Shown here piece after piece: positions 39,322-48,242 of a stretch of DNA of 64,000 nt. The notes under the pieces are model-generated. The model made no database searches and was not told the origin of the DNA. It saw only the letters and a list, made by a program, of their open reading frames with translations. The translations under genes were made by a program, and so were the position numbers. The stretch comes from an uncultured Gemmatimonadaceae bacterium (GTDB lineage Bacteria > Gemmatimonadota > Gemmatimonadetes > Gemmatimonadales > Gemmatimonadaceae), in NCBI GenBank assembly GCA_963751275.1, contig CAVVTZ010000002.1, positions 32,001 through 96,000 of the forward strand, written 5' to 3'. Numbering within the stretch: the first letter of the stretch is position 1; every line of letters begins with the position of its first letter.

Positions 39322-41232
39322 TCAGTCGGCGGCGCCGAGCCGGCGCCGGACCGCGGGAGTGACGGCGCGCCGCGCGGCGGCGAAGCCGCGCCACGGATCG
39401 GTCTGCTGGCGCTCGATGCGCTCCGGCACATTGCGCACGTTGAAATGATCGAAGCGCCGGTCCTCGTCGAGCTCGTTCCAGTGGATGGGCGTGGCCACGG
39501 GCGCGCCGGCGCGCGCGCGCACGGAATAGGGCGCGACGGCCGTCGCGCCTTCCGCGTTGCGCAGATGGTCCACGAAGATCTTTCCCGTGCGCCGCGACTT
39601 GCTCGCCGTGGCGGTGTACCGGTCGGGCGCCGCGTGGACCATTGCGTCGGCCACGGCGCGGGTGAGCGCCTTGGCGTCCTTCCAGGTGATCGTCGCGCGG
39701 ATCGGCACGACCACGTGCAGCCCTTTGCCGCCCGTCGTCTTGAGGAAGGCCTTGAGCCCGGCCGACTCGAAGGTCTCGCGGAGCGCGAGCACGGCGGTCA
39801 CGAGATCGCGCCAGGAGATGCGGTCGTCGGGATCGAGGTCCATGATGAGGATATCGGGGCGCGCGAGCTGCGGCGCGCGCGAGCCCCAGGGATGCAGCTC
39901 CACCACACCCCATTGCACCAGCGCGGCGAGCGCCTTCGCGGAGCCGGCGCTCGCATAGAGCGCGGCGCCGCTGCTCTCCTGCACGCGCACCCGCTGCACC
40001 GCTTCATCGATGGACTGGTCCGCGTGTTTCTGGTAGAAGCATTTCTCGCCGATGCCATTGGGGCACCGGAGCAGGCTGAGCGGCCGGTGGCGGAGATGCG
40101 GGAGCATGACGGGCGCGATGCGCGCGTAGTACTGCGCCAGCTCGAGCTTGGTCGGGCCATCCGGCGGGAAGAGTTGTTTGTCCGGGTGCGAGATCCGGAT
40201 GCCCGACACGGATCCGGCGGCCGCGGCGGCGCGGGCGGCGCTCGCGCGGCCGTTCTTCACGGCCACCGGCCGCTCGCGCACCACCTCCGATGCTTTCTTG
40301 TCCACGCGTAGCCCCTTGAAGGAGGGATGACGCAGCGCGCCGTCCGCGCTCCACTCGGTGAAGTCCACTTCGGCCACGAGGTCGGGCCGCACCCAATGCA
40401 CGCCCTTCGCCATCGCGCCGCGCGGCGGATCCGTGAAGGGCGTGCGCGCCCGAGCGCGGCGCTTGAGCTTGCCCGTGATCTCGTCGAGCGTGGCGGCGTC
40501 GAAGCCGGTGCCGACGCGGCCCGCATAGCGGAGTTTGCCGCGATCGTACACGCCGAGCAGGAGCGCGCCGAATCCCGCGCGGCCCCCCTGCGGATCGGTG
40601 TAACCGCCCACCACCAGCTCCTGGCGCCGCGTGCATTTCACCTTCACCCAGTCGCGCGACCGCTCGCCGCTGCGGTAGGGCGAATCCGCGCGCTTCGACA
40701 TCGCGCCCTCCAGGGAGAGCGCGCACGCCTGCTTGAAGAACTCGGCGCCGGAACCGCCCGCCTCCGGCCCCACGCGCACGTGCTTGGTGCCCCGCCCCAC
40801 GATCTTGTGCAGGCGCTTCTTCCGCTCGGTGAGCGGCAGCGCACGGATGTCTTCGCCATCCACATACATGACGTCGAACAGGATGAGCGTGAGCTGCGCG
40901 GCGCGCGGCGACGCGATGGCGTTCTGGAGCGCCTGGAAATCCGAGCGCCCCTTCGCGTCCAGCGCGACCAGCTCGCCGTCGAACCAGCCATTGGCCACGC
41001 GCAGCCGCGCGAGATCGGCGGCGATCGCGCCGAGCTGCGCCGTCCACTCTTTGCCGTTCCGCGAGAAGATGCGCGCGTCGCCATCCTCCACGCGGCAGAG
41101 CATGCGATAGCCATCGTACTTGATCTCGTGCAGCCAGCCGGCGCCCGCCGGCGCGCTCTTCACGAGCGTCGCGAGCATCGGCTGCATCGCCGCCGGAATG
41201 GGGCGGCGCGACACCTTCAGGGTCGCGCTCAT
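39322..41232 (-). CDS. ligD: NHEJ DNA ligase D (ligase plus polymerase domains)
   Basis: EIKYDGYR, DGELV, EGAMSKR, GRVGTGF, LRHPSFKGLR; polymerase motifs DLDP, KTTGGKGLH and APYSVRAR. Confidence 0.95.
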   Translation of the reverse strand: MSATLKVSRRPIPAAMQPMLATLVKSAPAGAGWLHEIKYDGYRMLCRVEDGDARIFSRNGKEWTAQLGAIAADLARLRVANGWFDGELVALDAKGRSDFQALQNAIASPRAAQLTLILFDVMYVDGEDIRALPLTERKKRLHKIVGRGTKHVRVGPEAGGSGAEFFKQACALSLEGAMSKRADSPYRSGERSRDWVKVKCTRRQELVVGGYTDPQGGRAGFGALLLGVYDRGKLRYAGRVGTGFDAATLDEITGKLKRRARARTPFTDPPRGAMAKGVHWVRPDLVAEVDFTEWSADGALRHPSFKGLRVDKKASEVVRERPVAVKNGRASAARAAAAAGSVSGIRISHPDKQLFPPDGPTKLELAQYYARIAPVMLPHLRHRPLSLLRCPNGIGEKCFYQKHADQSIDEAVQRVRVQESSGAALYASAGSAKALAALVQWGVVELHPWGSRAPQLARPDILIMDLDPDDRISWRDLVTAVLALRETFESAGLKAFLKTTGGKGLHVVVPIRATITWKDAKALTRAVADAMVHAAPDRYTATASKSRRTGKIFVDHLRNAEGATAVAPYSVRARAGAPVATPIHWNELDEDRRFDHFNVRNVPERIERQQTDPWRGFAAARRAVTPAVRRRLGAAD

Positions 41233-42077
41233 GCGTGCTTGCGGCGGCGCGCCGGTGTGTGGCGTGCCGCCGTCGCCGGCTTCTCGGCGAGACTGCGCTT
41301 GAGCAGCGCCGTGAGATCGAGCACCTTGCCGCCGCCGGTCTCGCGCGCGGGCTTCTCCTCGGGCTCGGCGATGCGCTCGGTGTCGCCCCGCTTGATCTTC
41401 TTCTTGATCAGCGCGAGCAGGTCGCGGTGGTACGTGTCCACGAAGCCCTTGGGATCCCACTCGGCGGTGAGATCGTCCACCAGGCGCTTCGCGAGCTGGA
41501 GGTCCTTCGCCGACACGGCGGCGGCTTTCATGCCGGCGGGGGGGAGCTCGAGTCCCTTCGCGCCGCGCAGCTCGCCGGCGTAGCGCATGATGACGAGCAT
41601 GAGTGCCGGGCCGTTCACCGTGATCGCCGCGAGATGCTGGGTGGTGTGCAGGACGATCTGCGCGATCGCGATGAGGCCGGTGTCGCGGAGCGTCTCACGC
41701 AGGAGCGCATAACTTTTCGAGCCGCGCTTGCCGGGCACGAGGTAGTACGGCGTCTCGTAGAACCAGACGGGCACGTCGCCGGCCTTCACGAAGGTGTGGA
41801 TGTCGATCGTCTGCGTGGCCTTCACGTTCGCCTTCTGGAAATCCGCGTCGGTGAGCACCACGTACCGGCCGTCCTCGTACTCGTGCCCCTTCACGATGTC
41901 GCCCCACGAGACTTCCTTCCCGGTGCTCTTGTTGTAGCGCTTGTAGCCCACGGGCGACAAGTCGTGCTTGTCGAGCATCGTGAACGAGAAGTCGCGGCGG
42001 TCCTCCGCCGGCCGGAGTTCCACCGGAACACTGACCAGCCCGAAGGAGAGCGAGCCGCTCCACAGTGCGCGTGCCAT
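41229..42077 (-). CDS. ku: NHEJ Ku protein
   Basis: ALWSGSLSFGLVSVPV, IVKGHE, FYETPYYL and VLDLTALLKRSL. Confidence 0.96.
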   Translation of the reverse strand: MARALWSGSLSFGLVSVPVELRPAEDRRDFSFTMLDKHDLSPVGYKRYNKSTGKEVSWGDIVKGHEYEDGRYVVLTDADFQKANVKATQTIDIHTFVKAGDVPVWFYETPYYLVPGKRGSKSYALLRETLRDTGLIAIAQIVLHTTQHLAAITVNGPALMLVIMRYAGELRGAKGLELPPAGMKAAAVSAKDLQLAKRLVDDLTAEWDPKGFVDTYHRDLLALIKKKIKRGDTERIAEPEEKPARETGGGKVLDLTALLKRSLAEKPATAARHTPARRRKHA

Positions 42078-42104
42078 GATCGGTCCTCCATCGCGTACAA
42101 AGCG

Positions 42105-42205
42105 GGAACGAAAAAGGCGCGAGAGATCGATGGGTCCGATCTCCTCGCGCCTTCGACTCGCGGTCCGCTTGCTCCGCGCGTCAAGGTGGCCGCTGGAGCG
42201 GCCGC
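42105..42205 (-). ncRNA. Candidate cis-regulatory leader RNA, copy 6 (upstream of ku-ligD)
   Basis: RNA sense: GGCCGC-UCCA-GCGGCC-A-CCUUGACG-CGCGG/CCGCG-AGUCGAAGGCGCG...CGCGCC-UUUUUCGUUCC. Confidence 0.82.
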
Positions 42206-42264
42206 TGTGCTACATTGGAATATTGTGCTCCCGCTCCGGCGCCGCAAGGCGCCGGGATGCAGTC

Positions 42265-42289
42265 CTATCTACTAACGCCCCTCAGTTCC
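42265..42289 (-). promoter_or_regulatory. Putative alternative-sigma promoter GGAAC-N15-GATAG
   Basis: About 60 nt upstream of leader copy 6; the spacer is shorter than in the other three. Confidence 0.3.
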
Positions 42290-42316
42290 AAACGCGTACG
42301 ACCAACGACTGTTTCT

Positions 42317-42862
42317 CTATTTCGTGATATCGATCGCCGTCGACTCGTTGTAGCTCAGGATCATCTGGTCGCCGACCTTCGCGCTGTTGAACGCCGTGAC
42401 GCCCGGATTGACCTTGAACGAGAACGATTTCCCCGCCGAATCGGTGAATCCGATCGTGCGCGTCGCCATGTCCACGGACGTGATCTTGCACGTCACGTTG
42501 ACGACCTTCACCTCATCGAGATCGGGCAGTCCGGCGGGCGTGATCGTCACCGTTGGCGGCGGCGCCGCTGCCGACGCATCGCCCGGCCGCCGCAGATACA
42601 GCACCACCGACTCCACGAAGCGCACGGTCACGGTGTCGCCCACCTGCACCTTGTACAGGTTCGCCGCCTTCGCCGGGATCGTGAACTGGTGGAGCGCACC
42701 ATGCGGTCCCTGCACGATGAGTTGATGCGCCTGATAATCATTGCTCAACACGATCCCTCTCCACGCGGACACCGGACTCGCGACCTTCGTCTTCGGCGCC
42801 TGCGCCCCGACCGCGCTCGCGATCAGGACCGCTCCCAGAATTCCTGTGATGACACGACGCAT
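42317..42862 (-). CDS. Exported hypothetical protein; paralogue of 26210..26818
   Basis: Signal peptide; W.GIVL, GP.G..H.FT, V..GD.VTV.FVES, VTI.P.GLP and KVGDQ are shared with the 26.2 kb gene. Confidence 0.8.
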   Translation of the reverse strand: MRRVITGILGAVLIASAVGAQAPKTKVASPVSAWRGIVLSNDYQAHQLIVQGPHGALHQFTIPAKAANLYKVQVGDTVTVRFVESVVLYLRRPGDASAAAPPPTVTITPAGLPDLDEVKVVNVTCKITSVDMATRTIGFTDSAGKSFSFKVNPGVTAFNSAKVGDQMILSYNESTAIDITK

Positions 42863-42927
42863 GTTCACCGACCTCGGCATTGTTGTAGTAGGCTTCATCC
42901 AACGTCTAACGTCCAACGTCCGTGTTG

Positions 42928-43137
42928 TCAGCCCTCGTATTTGAACGACACCTTCACCTTCGCCCGGTACGCCTCGACCTTCCCATCCTTCATCGTCATG
43001 TCCATCTGAACGACTTCAGCCACCCGCAGGCCGCGGATCGTCTTCGCCGCGCGCTTCACCGCCGCGGCCGCCGCCTTCTCCCAACTCTCGGTGCTCGTGC
43101 CCACCAGCTCGATGACCTTGTAGACGCTCTCCGCCAT
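42928..43137 (-). CDS. Dodecin family protein
   Basis: SVYKVIELVGTSTESWEKAA..AV..AAKTIRGL..AEV...YRAKVKVSF. Confidence 0.93.
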   Translation of the reverse strand: MAESVYKVIELVGTSTESWEKAAAAAVKRAAKTIRGLRVAEVVQMDMTMKDGKVEAYRAKVKVSFKYEG

Positions 43138-43330
43138 AAGAACCCCCTCGTTCACGTTTCGGTGTTGCGCGTCCCGCGGCGCTTCCCTCTTCCCGCTCCC
43201 CGCGCAGTTCCCATAACGTGTGACACGAGCGCCGCGCGCGGAAGTGCCAAGATGCACGTCGCCTATTGACTCCCCCCCGCCGCGGAGCTTGAATATGCGG
43301 CGACCCCATTTCCGCTCTCCGAGGATATTC

Positions 43331-44128
43331 ATGGCGCAGGCGCAGCTCCCCGTCATCCACCGCGGCTTCGGCGAAACGATGCGGACCGATGCGTGGTGGG
43401 TCCGGCCCCTGATCATCGTGATCGTGCTCGGTGGGTTCCTCGGCTACGCCAACTGGGCGACCTTTCAGGGAGACCACTACCAGTTCGGTAACTACCTGTC
43501 GCCATTCTACTCCCCGCTGATGTGGGGAAGCTCGAAGTTCGCCTGGTTCGCCACGCGACCAGCATGGTTCCCGGCCTGGTTCACCCCGGCCATGGTGATT
43601 CTCCCCTTTCCGGGTTTGTTTCGGGTCACCTGCTACTACTATAGAGGTGCGTATTACCGGTCCTTCTGGGCCGACCCCCCGGGCTGCGCCGTGGGCGAGC
43701 CGCGCAAGACATACTGGGGTGAGAAGTCCTTCCCGCTCATCCTCCAGAACATCCACCGCTATTTCCTCTACGCGGCGGTCATTTTCCTGGTGATCCTTTC
43801 CACCGATGTGTGGCACGCGCTCTGGTTCACCGACGCGGCCACCGGCGTCGAGCACTTCGGCATCGGTGTCGGCACGCTCGTGCTCGCGGTGAACGTGGTG
43901 CTGCTCACCGGCTACACCTTCGGCTGCCACTCCCTGCGCCATATCGTGGGCGGGCATCTCGACAGCCTCGCCGGCCGCCCGGTGCGCCGCACCGCGTACG
44001 AATGCGCGAGCTGTCTCAATCGCCGCCACATGTACTGGGCGTACATGAGCCTCTTCTCCGTGATGTTCGCCGACATCTACGTGCGCCTGTGCTCCATGGG
44101 GATCTGGACGGACTGGAGGCTCTTCTAG
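43331..44128 (+). CDS. Succinate dehydrogenase membrane anchor, actinobacterial Sdh1 (Rv0249c)-like
   Basis: YLSPFYSP, FRVTCYYYRGAYYRSFWADPPGCAV, QNIHRYF and YTFGCHSLRH; directly upstream of sdhA. Confidence 0.85.
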   Translation: MAQAQLPVIHRGFGETMRTDAWWVRPLIIVIVLGGFLGYANWATFQGDHYQFGNYLSPFYSPLMWGSSKFAWFATRPAWFPAWFTPAMVILPFPGLFRVTCYYYRGAYYRSFWADPPGCAVGEPRKTYWGEKSFPLILQNIHRYFLYAAVIFLVILSTDVWHALWFTDAATGVEHFGIGVGTLVLAVNVVLLTGYTFGCHSLRHIVGGHLDSLAGRPVRRTAYECASCLNRRHMYWAYMSLFSVMFADIYVRLCSMGIWTDWRLF

Positions 44129-45946
44129 ATGGCGGAATTCGAGACGCAGGATCACGACGTGCTCGTGATCGGCGCCGGCGGCGCCGGACTCCGCGCCGCC
44201 ATCGAGGCCGCCTCCGCCGGCGTGAAGGTGGGCGTCGTCTGCAAGTCGCTGCTCGGCAAAGCGCACACGGTGATGGCCGAAGGCGGTGTGGCCGCCGCGC
44301 TCGGCAACGTGGACGACCGCGACAACTGGCGCGTCCATTTCGCCGACACGATGCGCGGCGGCCAGTATCTCAACAACTGGCGTATGGCCGAGCTGCACGC
44401 CAAGGAAGCGCCGGCGCGCGTGAACGAGCTCGAAGCATGGGGCGCGGTGTTCGACCGCACCCCCGACGGCAAGATCCTGCAGCGCAACTTCGGCGGCCAC
44501 CGCTATCCGCGGCTCGCGCACGTGGGCGATCGCACCGGCCTTGAGATCATCCGCACCCTGCAGGACCATGCGATCCACCAGAAGGTGGATGTCTTCATGG
44601 AGTGCACCGTGATCGCACTCCTCAAGGACGAGGGACGCATTGCCGGCGCACTCGGTTACGACCGCGAGCGCGGGCGCTTCAAGCTCTGGCGCGCGAAGGC
44701 GGTGGTGCTCGCCACCGGCGGCATTGGGAAGTCGTTCAGCGTCACGAGCAATTCCTGGGAATACACGGGCGACGGGCACGCGCTCGCGTACGTCGCCGGC
44801 GCGGAGCTCGTGGACATGGAGTTCGTGCAATTCCATCCCACCGGCATGGTGTGGCCGCCGAGCGTGCGCGGGCTGCTCGTGACCGAAGGGGTGCGCGGCG
44901 AGGGCGGCATCCTCACGAACAAGGAGGGTCGCCGCTTCATGTTCGATTCGATCCCCGACAACTACAAGTCGCAGACCGCCACGGACGAAGAAGAAGGCTG
45001 GCGCTACACGCAGGGGGACAAGAACGCGCGCCGTCCGCCCGAGCTGCTCACGCGCGACCACGTGGCGCGCTGCATCATGCGCGAGGTGCGCGAGGGGCGC
45101 GGCTCGCCGCACGGCGGCGTATTCCTGGACATCTCCTGGATCAAGAAGCGCATTCCCAACGGCGCCGAGCACATCCGCAAGAAGCTCCCGAGCATGTACC
45201 AGCAGTTCAAGGAACTCGCGGACATCGACATTACCGAGACGCCAATGGAGGTCGGGCCCACCACGCACTACATGATGGGCGGCGTGCGGGTGGACGGCGA
45301 CACGCAGATGTCCACCGTGCCGGGGCTGTTCGCCGCCGGGGAAGTGGGCGCGGGCCTGCACGGCGCGAACCGGCTGGGCGGGAATTCGCTGTCGGACCTG
45401 CTCGTGTTCGGCAAGCGCGCCGGCGAGCACGCCGCGAAATTCGCGAAGGACCACAAGCGGCCCATCGTGGATGCCGCCGAAGCGGAGCGCGAGATGAACA
45501 TCGCGCTGCAGCCCTTCGAACGCGCGGTGAGCGACGGCGAGGGACCCTTCGCGATCCAGCACGATCTGCAGGGCTCGATGCAGGATCTCGTGGGCATCGT
45601 GCGCGACGACACGCACATGCGCCGCGCCCTCGATGCCATTGAGGCGCTCAAGACACGCATGCGGCGCGTGGCCGTCAGCGGGCACCGCGAGTACAATCCG
45701 GGGTGGCACACCGCGCTCGACCTGCGGAATCAGCTCATCGTGAGCGAGGCGATCACCCGCGCCGCGCTCGACCGCAAGGAGAGCCGCGGCGCACAGTTCC
45801 GCGAAGACTTCCCCGAGAAGGATCCCGAAGCGGCGAAGTTCAACATCGTGGTGCGGCAGGGGGCAGGACAGCGGATGGAGCTGCAGCGCCGTCCCATCCC
45901 GCCCATGCCCCCGGAGCTCGCGCAGATCATCGAGGAGATGAAGTGA
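44129..45946 (+). CDS. sdhA: Succinate dehydrogenase/fumarate reductase flavoprotein subunit
   Basis: GAGGAGLRAA, KAHTVMAEGG, QFHPTG, TEGVRGEGG, HYMMGG, HGANRLGGNSL and ESRGAQFR. Confidence 0.96.
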   Translation: MAEFETQDHDVLVIGAGGAGLRAAIEAASAGVKVGVVCKSLLGKAHTVMAEGGVAAALGNVDDRDNWRVHFADTMRGGQYLNNWRMAELHAKEAPARVNELEAWGAVFDRTPDGKILQRNFGGHRYPRLAHVGDRTGLEIIRTLQDHAIHQKVDVFMECTVIALLKDEGRIAGALGYDRERGRFKLWRAKAVVLATGGIGKSFSVTSNSWEYTGDGHALAYVAGAELVDMEFVQFHPTGMVWPPSVRGLLVTEGVRGEGGILTNKEGRRFMFDSIPDNYKSQTATDEEEGWRYTQGDKNARRPPELLTRDHVARCIMREVREGRGSPHGGVFLDISWIKKRIPNGAEHIRKKLPSMYQQFKELADIDITETPMEVGPTTHYMMGGVRVDGDTQMSTVPGLFAAGEVGAGLHGANRLGGNSLSDLLVFGKRAGEHAAKFAKDHKRPIVDAAEAEREMNIALQPFERAVSDGEGPFAIQHDLQGSMQDLVGIVRDDTHMRRALDAIEALKTRMRRVAVSGHREYNPGWHTALDLRNQLIVSEAITRAALDRKESRGAQFREDFPEKDPEAAKFNIVVRQGAGQRMELQRRPIPPMPPELAQIIEEMK

Positions 45947-46710
45947 TGCCCACCGAGACCAAGGCGACCTTCCAGATCTGGCGCGGCGACCGGGAGAAAG
46001 GCGCACTCAAGGACTACACGATCCCGGTCAGCGACGGGATGGTGGTGCTCGACGCGGTGCACCAGATCCAGGCCGAGCAGGCCAACGACCTCGCCGTGCG
46101 GTGGAACTGCAAGGCCGGCAAGTGCGGCTCCTGCTCCGCCGAGGTGAATGGCAATCCATGTCTCATGTGCATGACGCGGCTCAGCGATCTCGACCTCGCG
46201 AAGCCGGTGACGGTGGAGCCGATGCGCGCCTTCCCGCCGATCCGCGATCTCGTCACGGATGTCTCCTGGAACTATCGCGTGAAGAAGGGGATCAAACCCT
46301 TCACACCGCGGAAGCCCGACGCGCCCGACGGCACGTGGCGGATGCAACAAGCGGACGTCGAACGCGTGCAGGAGTTCCGGAAGTGCATCGAATGCTATTT
46401 GTGCCAGGATGTGTGCCACGTGCTGCGCGACCACGGGAAGCAGGAGGAATTCATCGGGCCGCGCTTCTTCGTGTACTCGGCCGCGCTCGAGATGCACCCG
46501 CTGGATGTCGCCGACCGCGTGCCGGACCTGAAGGAGAGCCAGGGGATCGGCTACTGCAACATCACGAAATGCTGCACGGCCGTATGCCCCGAGCACATCA
46601 CGATCACGGACAACGCGATCATCCCGCTCAAGGAGCGCGTGGTGGATGAGTTCTTCGATCCGGTGGGCAAGCTCGTGAAGATCTTCAGCCGGAAGAAGGC
46701 CAAGGCCTGA
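45946..46710 (+). CDS. sdhB: Succinate dehydrogenase/fumarate reductase iron-sulfur subunit
   Basis: CKAGKCGSC..C, CIECYLCQDVC and CNITKCCTAVCP. Confidence 0.95.
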   Translation: MPTETKATFQIWRGDREKGALKDYTIPVSDGMVVLDAVHQIQAEQANDLAVRWNCKAGKCGSCSAEVNGNPCLMCMTRLSDLDLAKPVTVEPMRAFPPIRDLVTDVSWNYRVKKGIKPFTPRKPDAPDGTWRMQQADVERVQEFRKCIECYLCQDVCHVLRDHGKQEEFIGPRFFVYSAALEMHPLDVADRVPDLKESQGIGYCNITKCCTAVCPEHITITDNAIIPLKERVVDEFFDPVGKLVKIFSRKKAKA

Positions 46711-46727
46711 GCCGCAGGAGGCGCGCC

Positions 46728-47231
46728 GTGACGTTCCCGATCAAACCGATCTCCAAGAGCGGCATCGCCGCGGCGCTGATGAAGGCCGAGCGCTACCGGC
46801 TGATCAACGACCCGAGTGCGGCGGAGAGCATCTGCCTGGACGTGCTCGCCGTGGAGCCGGAGAACCAGCAGGCGCTGATCGACATGATCCTGTCGATCAC
46901 GGACCAGTTCAGCCATTCGCCGGCCGTCGAGTACGGCCGCGCGATCGAGCATCTGCCCCGCCTGAAGGACGACTACAAGCGCGCGTACTACGAAGGGATC
47001 ATCTGCGAGCGCCGGGCGCGCGCGCACCTCGCGCTCGGCGCGCCGGGCGCGGCCGAGATGGCGTACGATTGGATACGCCGCGCGATGGCGCACTACGAGC
47101 GCGCGGAGTCGCTCGCGCCGCGCGGGAACGACGAGGCGATCCTGCGCTGGAATACGTGCGTGCGGATCCTGGAGCGCGACAAGCATCTGCACCCGGGCAT
47201 CGAGCAGGAGTACGAGCCGAGCTTCGAGTAG
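46728..47231 (+). CDS. Hypothetical helical (TPR-like) protein
   Basis: AGGAGG RBS; AERYRLINDP..AESICLDVL, YYEGIICERRA and AILRWNTC. Confidence 0.8.
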   Translation: MTFPIKPISKSGIAAALMKAERYRLINDPSAAESICLDVLAVEPENQQALIDMILSITDQFSHSPAVEYGRAIEHLPRLKDDYKRAYYEGIICERRARAHLALGAPGAAEMAYDWIRRAMAHYERAESLAPRGNDEAILRWNTCVRILERDKHLHPGIEQEYEPSFE

Positions 47232-47236
47232 CCGCG

Positions 47237-48242
47237 CTATGGCGCGTGGGCGCAGCGCCCCGAGCCGGCGAGCTGGATGCTGGTGCCGCTGAATCCGAGC
47301 CCCACGTGCAAGCGCACGAGCGTCACCGATGACGCCGGTTGCGGCTGCACGTTCGATCCGACGATCGTGCCGAGCCGGGTCTGGTCGCTGTCCGGCATGC
47401 CGGTCGCGCCCACGGCCACCTTCATGGGCTGACCCGCGGAATCGAAGGTCACCGTGACGTCGGCGCCGCCGCGCGCCAGCGGCGGCGTGAGCCCGTTGAT
47501 CAGCATGACCGTGAGTGACGTGTCGATGTAGTCGCTCACGACTCCGCGCGGCGCGGGCGTGGTGTCCCGGCACGGCTCGGCGAGCGCGGCGCCTCCCGCC
47601 CCGCTGGCGCCCGCATCGAGTCCGGCGAAGTGCGCGGTCCAGAAGACCTGCCGCAGCGACATCAGATCCGACTTGTAGCTGCTGTTGATGAAGATGTAGG
47701 CGCTGGGAAGATCGCCGAGCGCGGCCCACCTGATCACGGCGATATAGTGCCGGCCAGCCTCGCTGCCGTTCGTCATCGCGGCGGCATGCTTCTCCCAGGC
47801 CCACGTGGTGATCTCCGCCGGCCGGCCCGCGATGACGGTCGTGCATGAAGACTCCATTGTATGGTCATAGGAGGCCCCACCCGTCGACATGCCGCCGCCC
47901 AGCGATTGGATTCCCCCGTTGGCGCCACTCGCCTCCGCCGATGCTGTAGTAGAACGTCTGCGGCACCTGCACCCCGGCGTCGCCGATCATCAGCCCGATC
48001 ACCCGGTTGCCCGCGCGGTACGCCGAGGAGCGGCCGCCGGATGAACCCGAGAACTTGTACGCGGTGGGTACCTTGAGACTCAGCGCCTGAAGCATGGCGG
48101 GCGCCCACTTCGCCGTATCGTCGTGGGGCGTCGTGCACATGTTGTCGCCGGTCACGGCCGCCGGCGCGCGCCGGGCATTGGCGCCACCGAGAGCGCCGGC
48201 GAGTGCCAGTAGGGATAGCGGCATGACGACCACGGCACGCAT
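47237..48242 (-). CDS. Exported hypothetical protein; probably one gene split by a frameshift near 47900
   Basis: ORF 47865..48257 carries a signal peptide and overlaps ORF 47237..47890, which lacks its own RBS or signal. Confidence 0.55.

Noticed and set aside
28869..42205. Leader RNAs as ANTAR targets or plain terminators of upstream genes
   Set aside because: No twin hexaloop hairpins with the A1/G4 pattern and no recognisable ANTAR protein. Copies 4 and 5 lie in a divergent region with no upstream co-oriented gene, and the conserved sequence extends 5' of the terminator stem.
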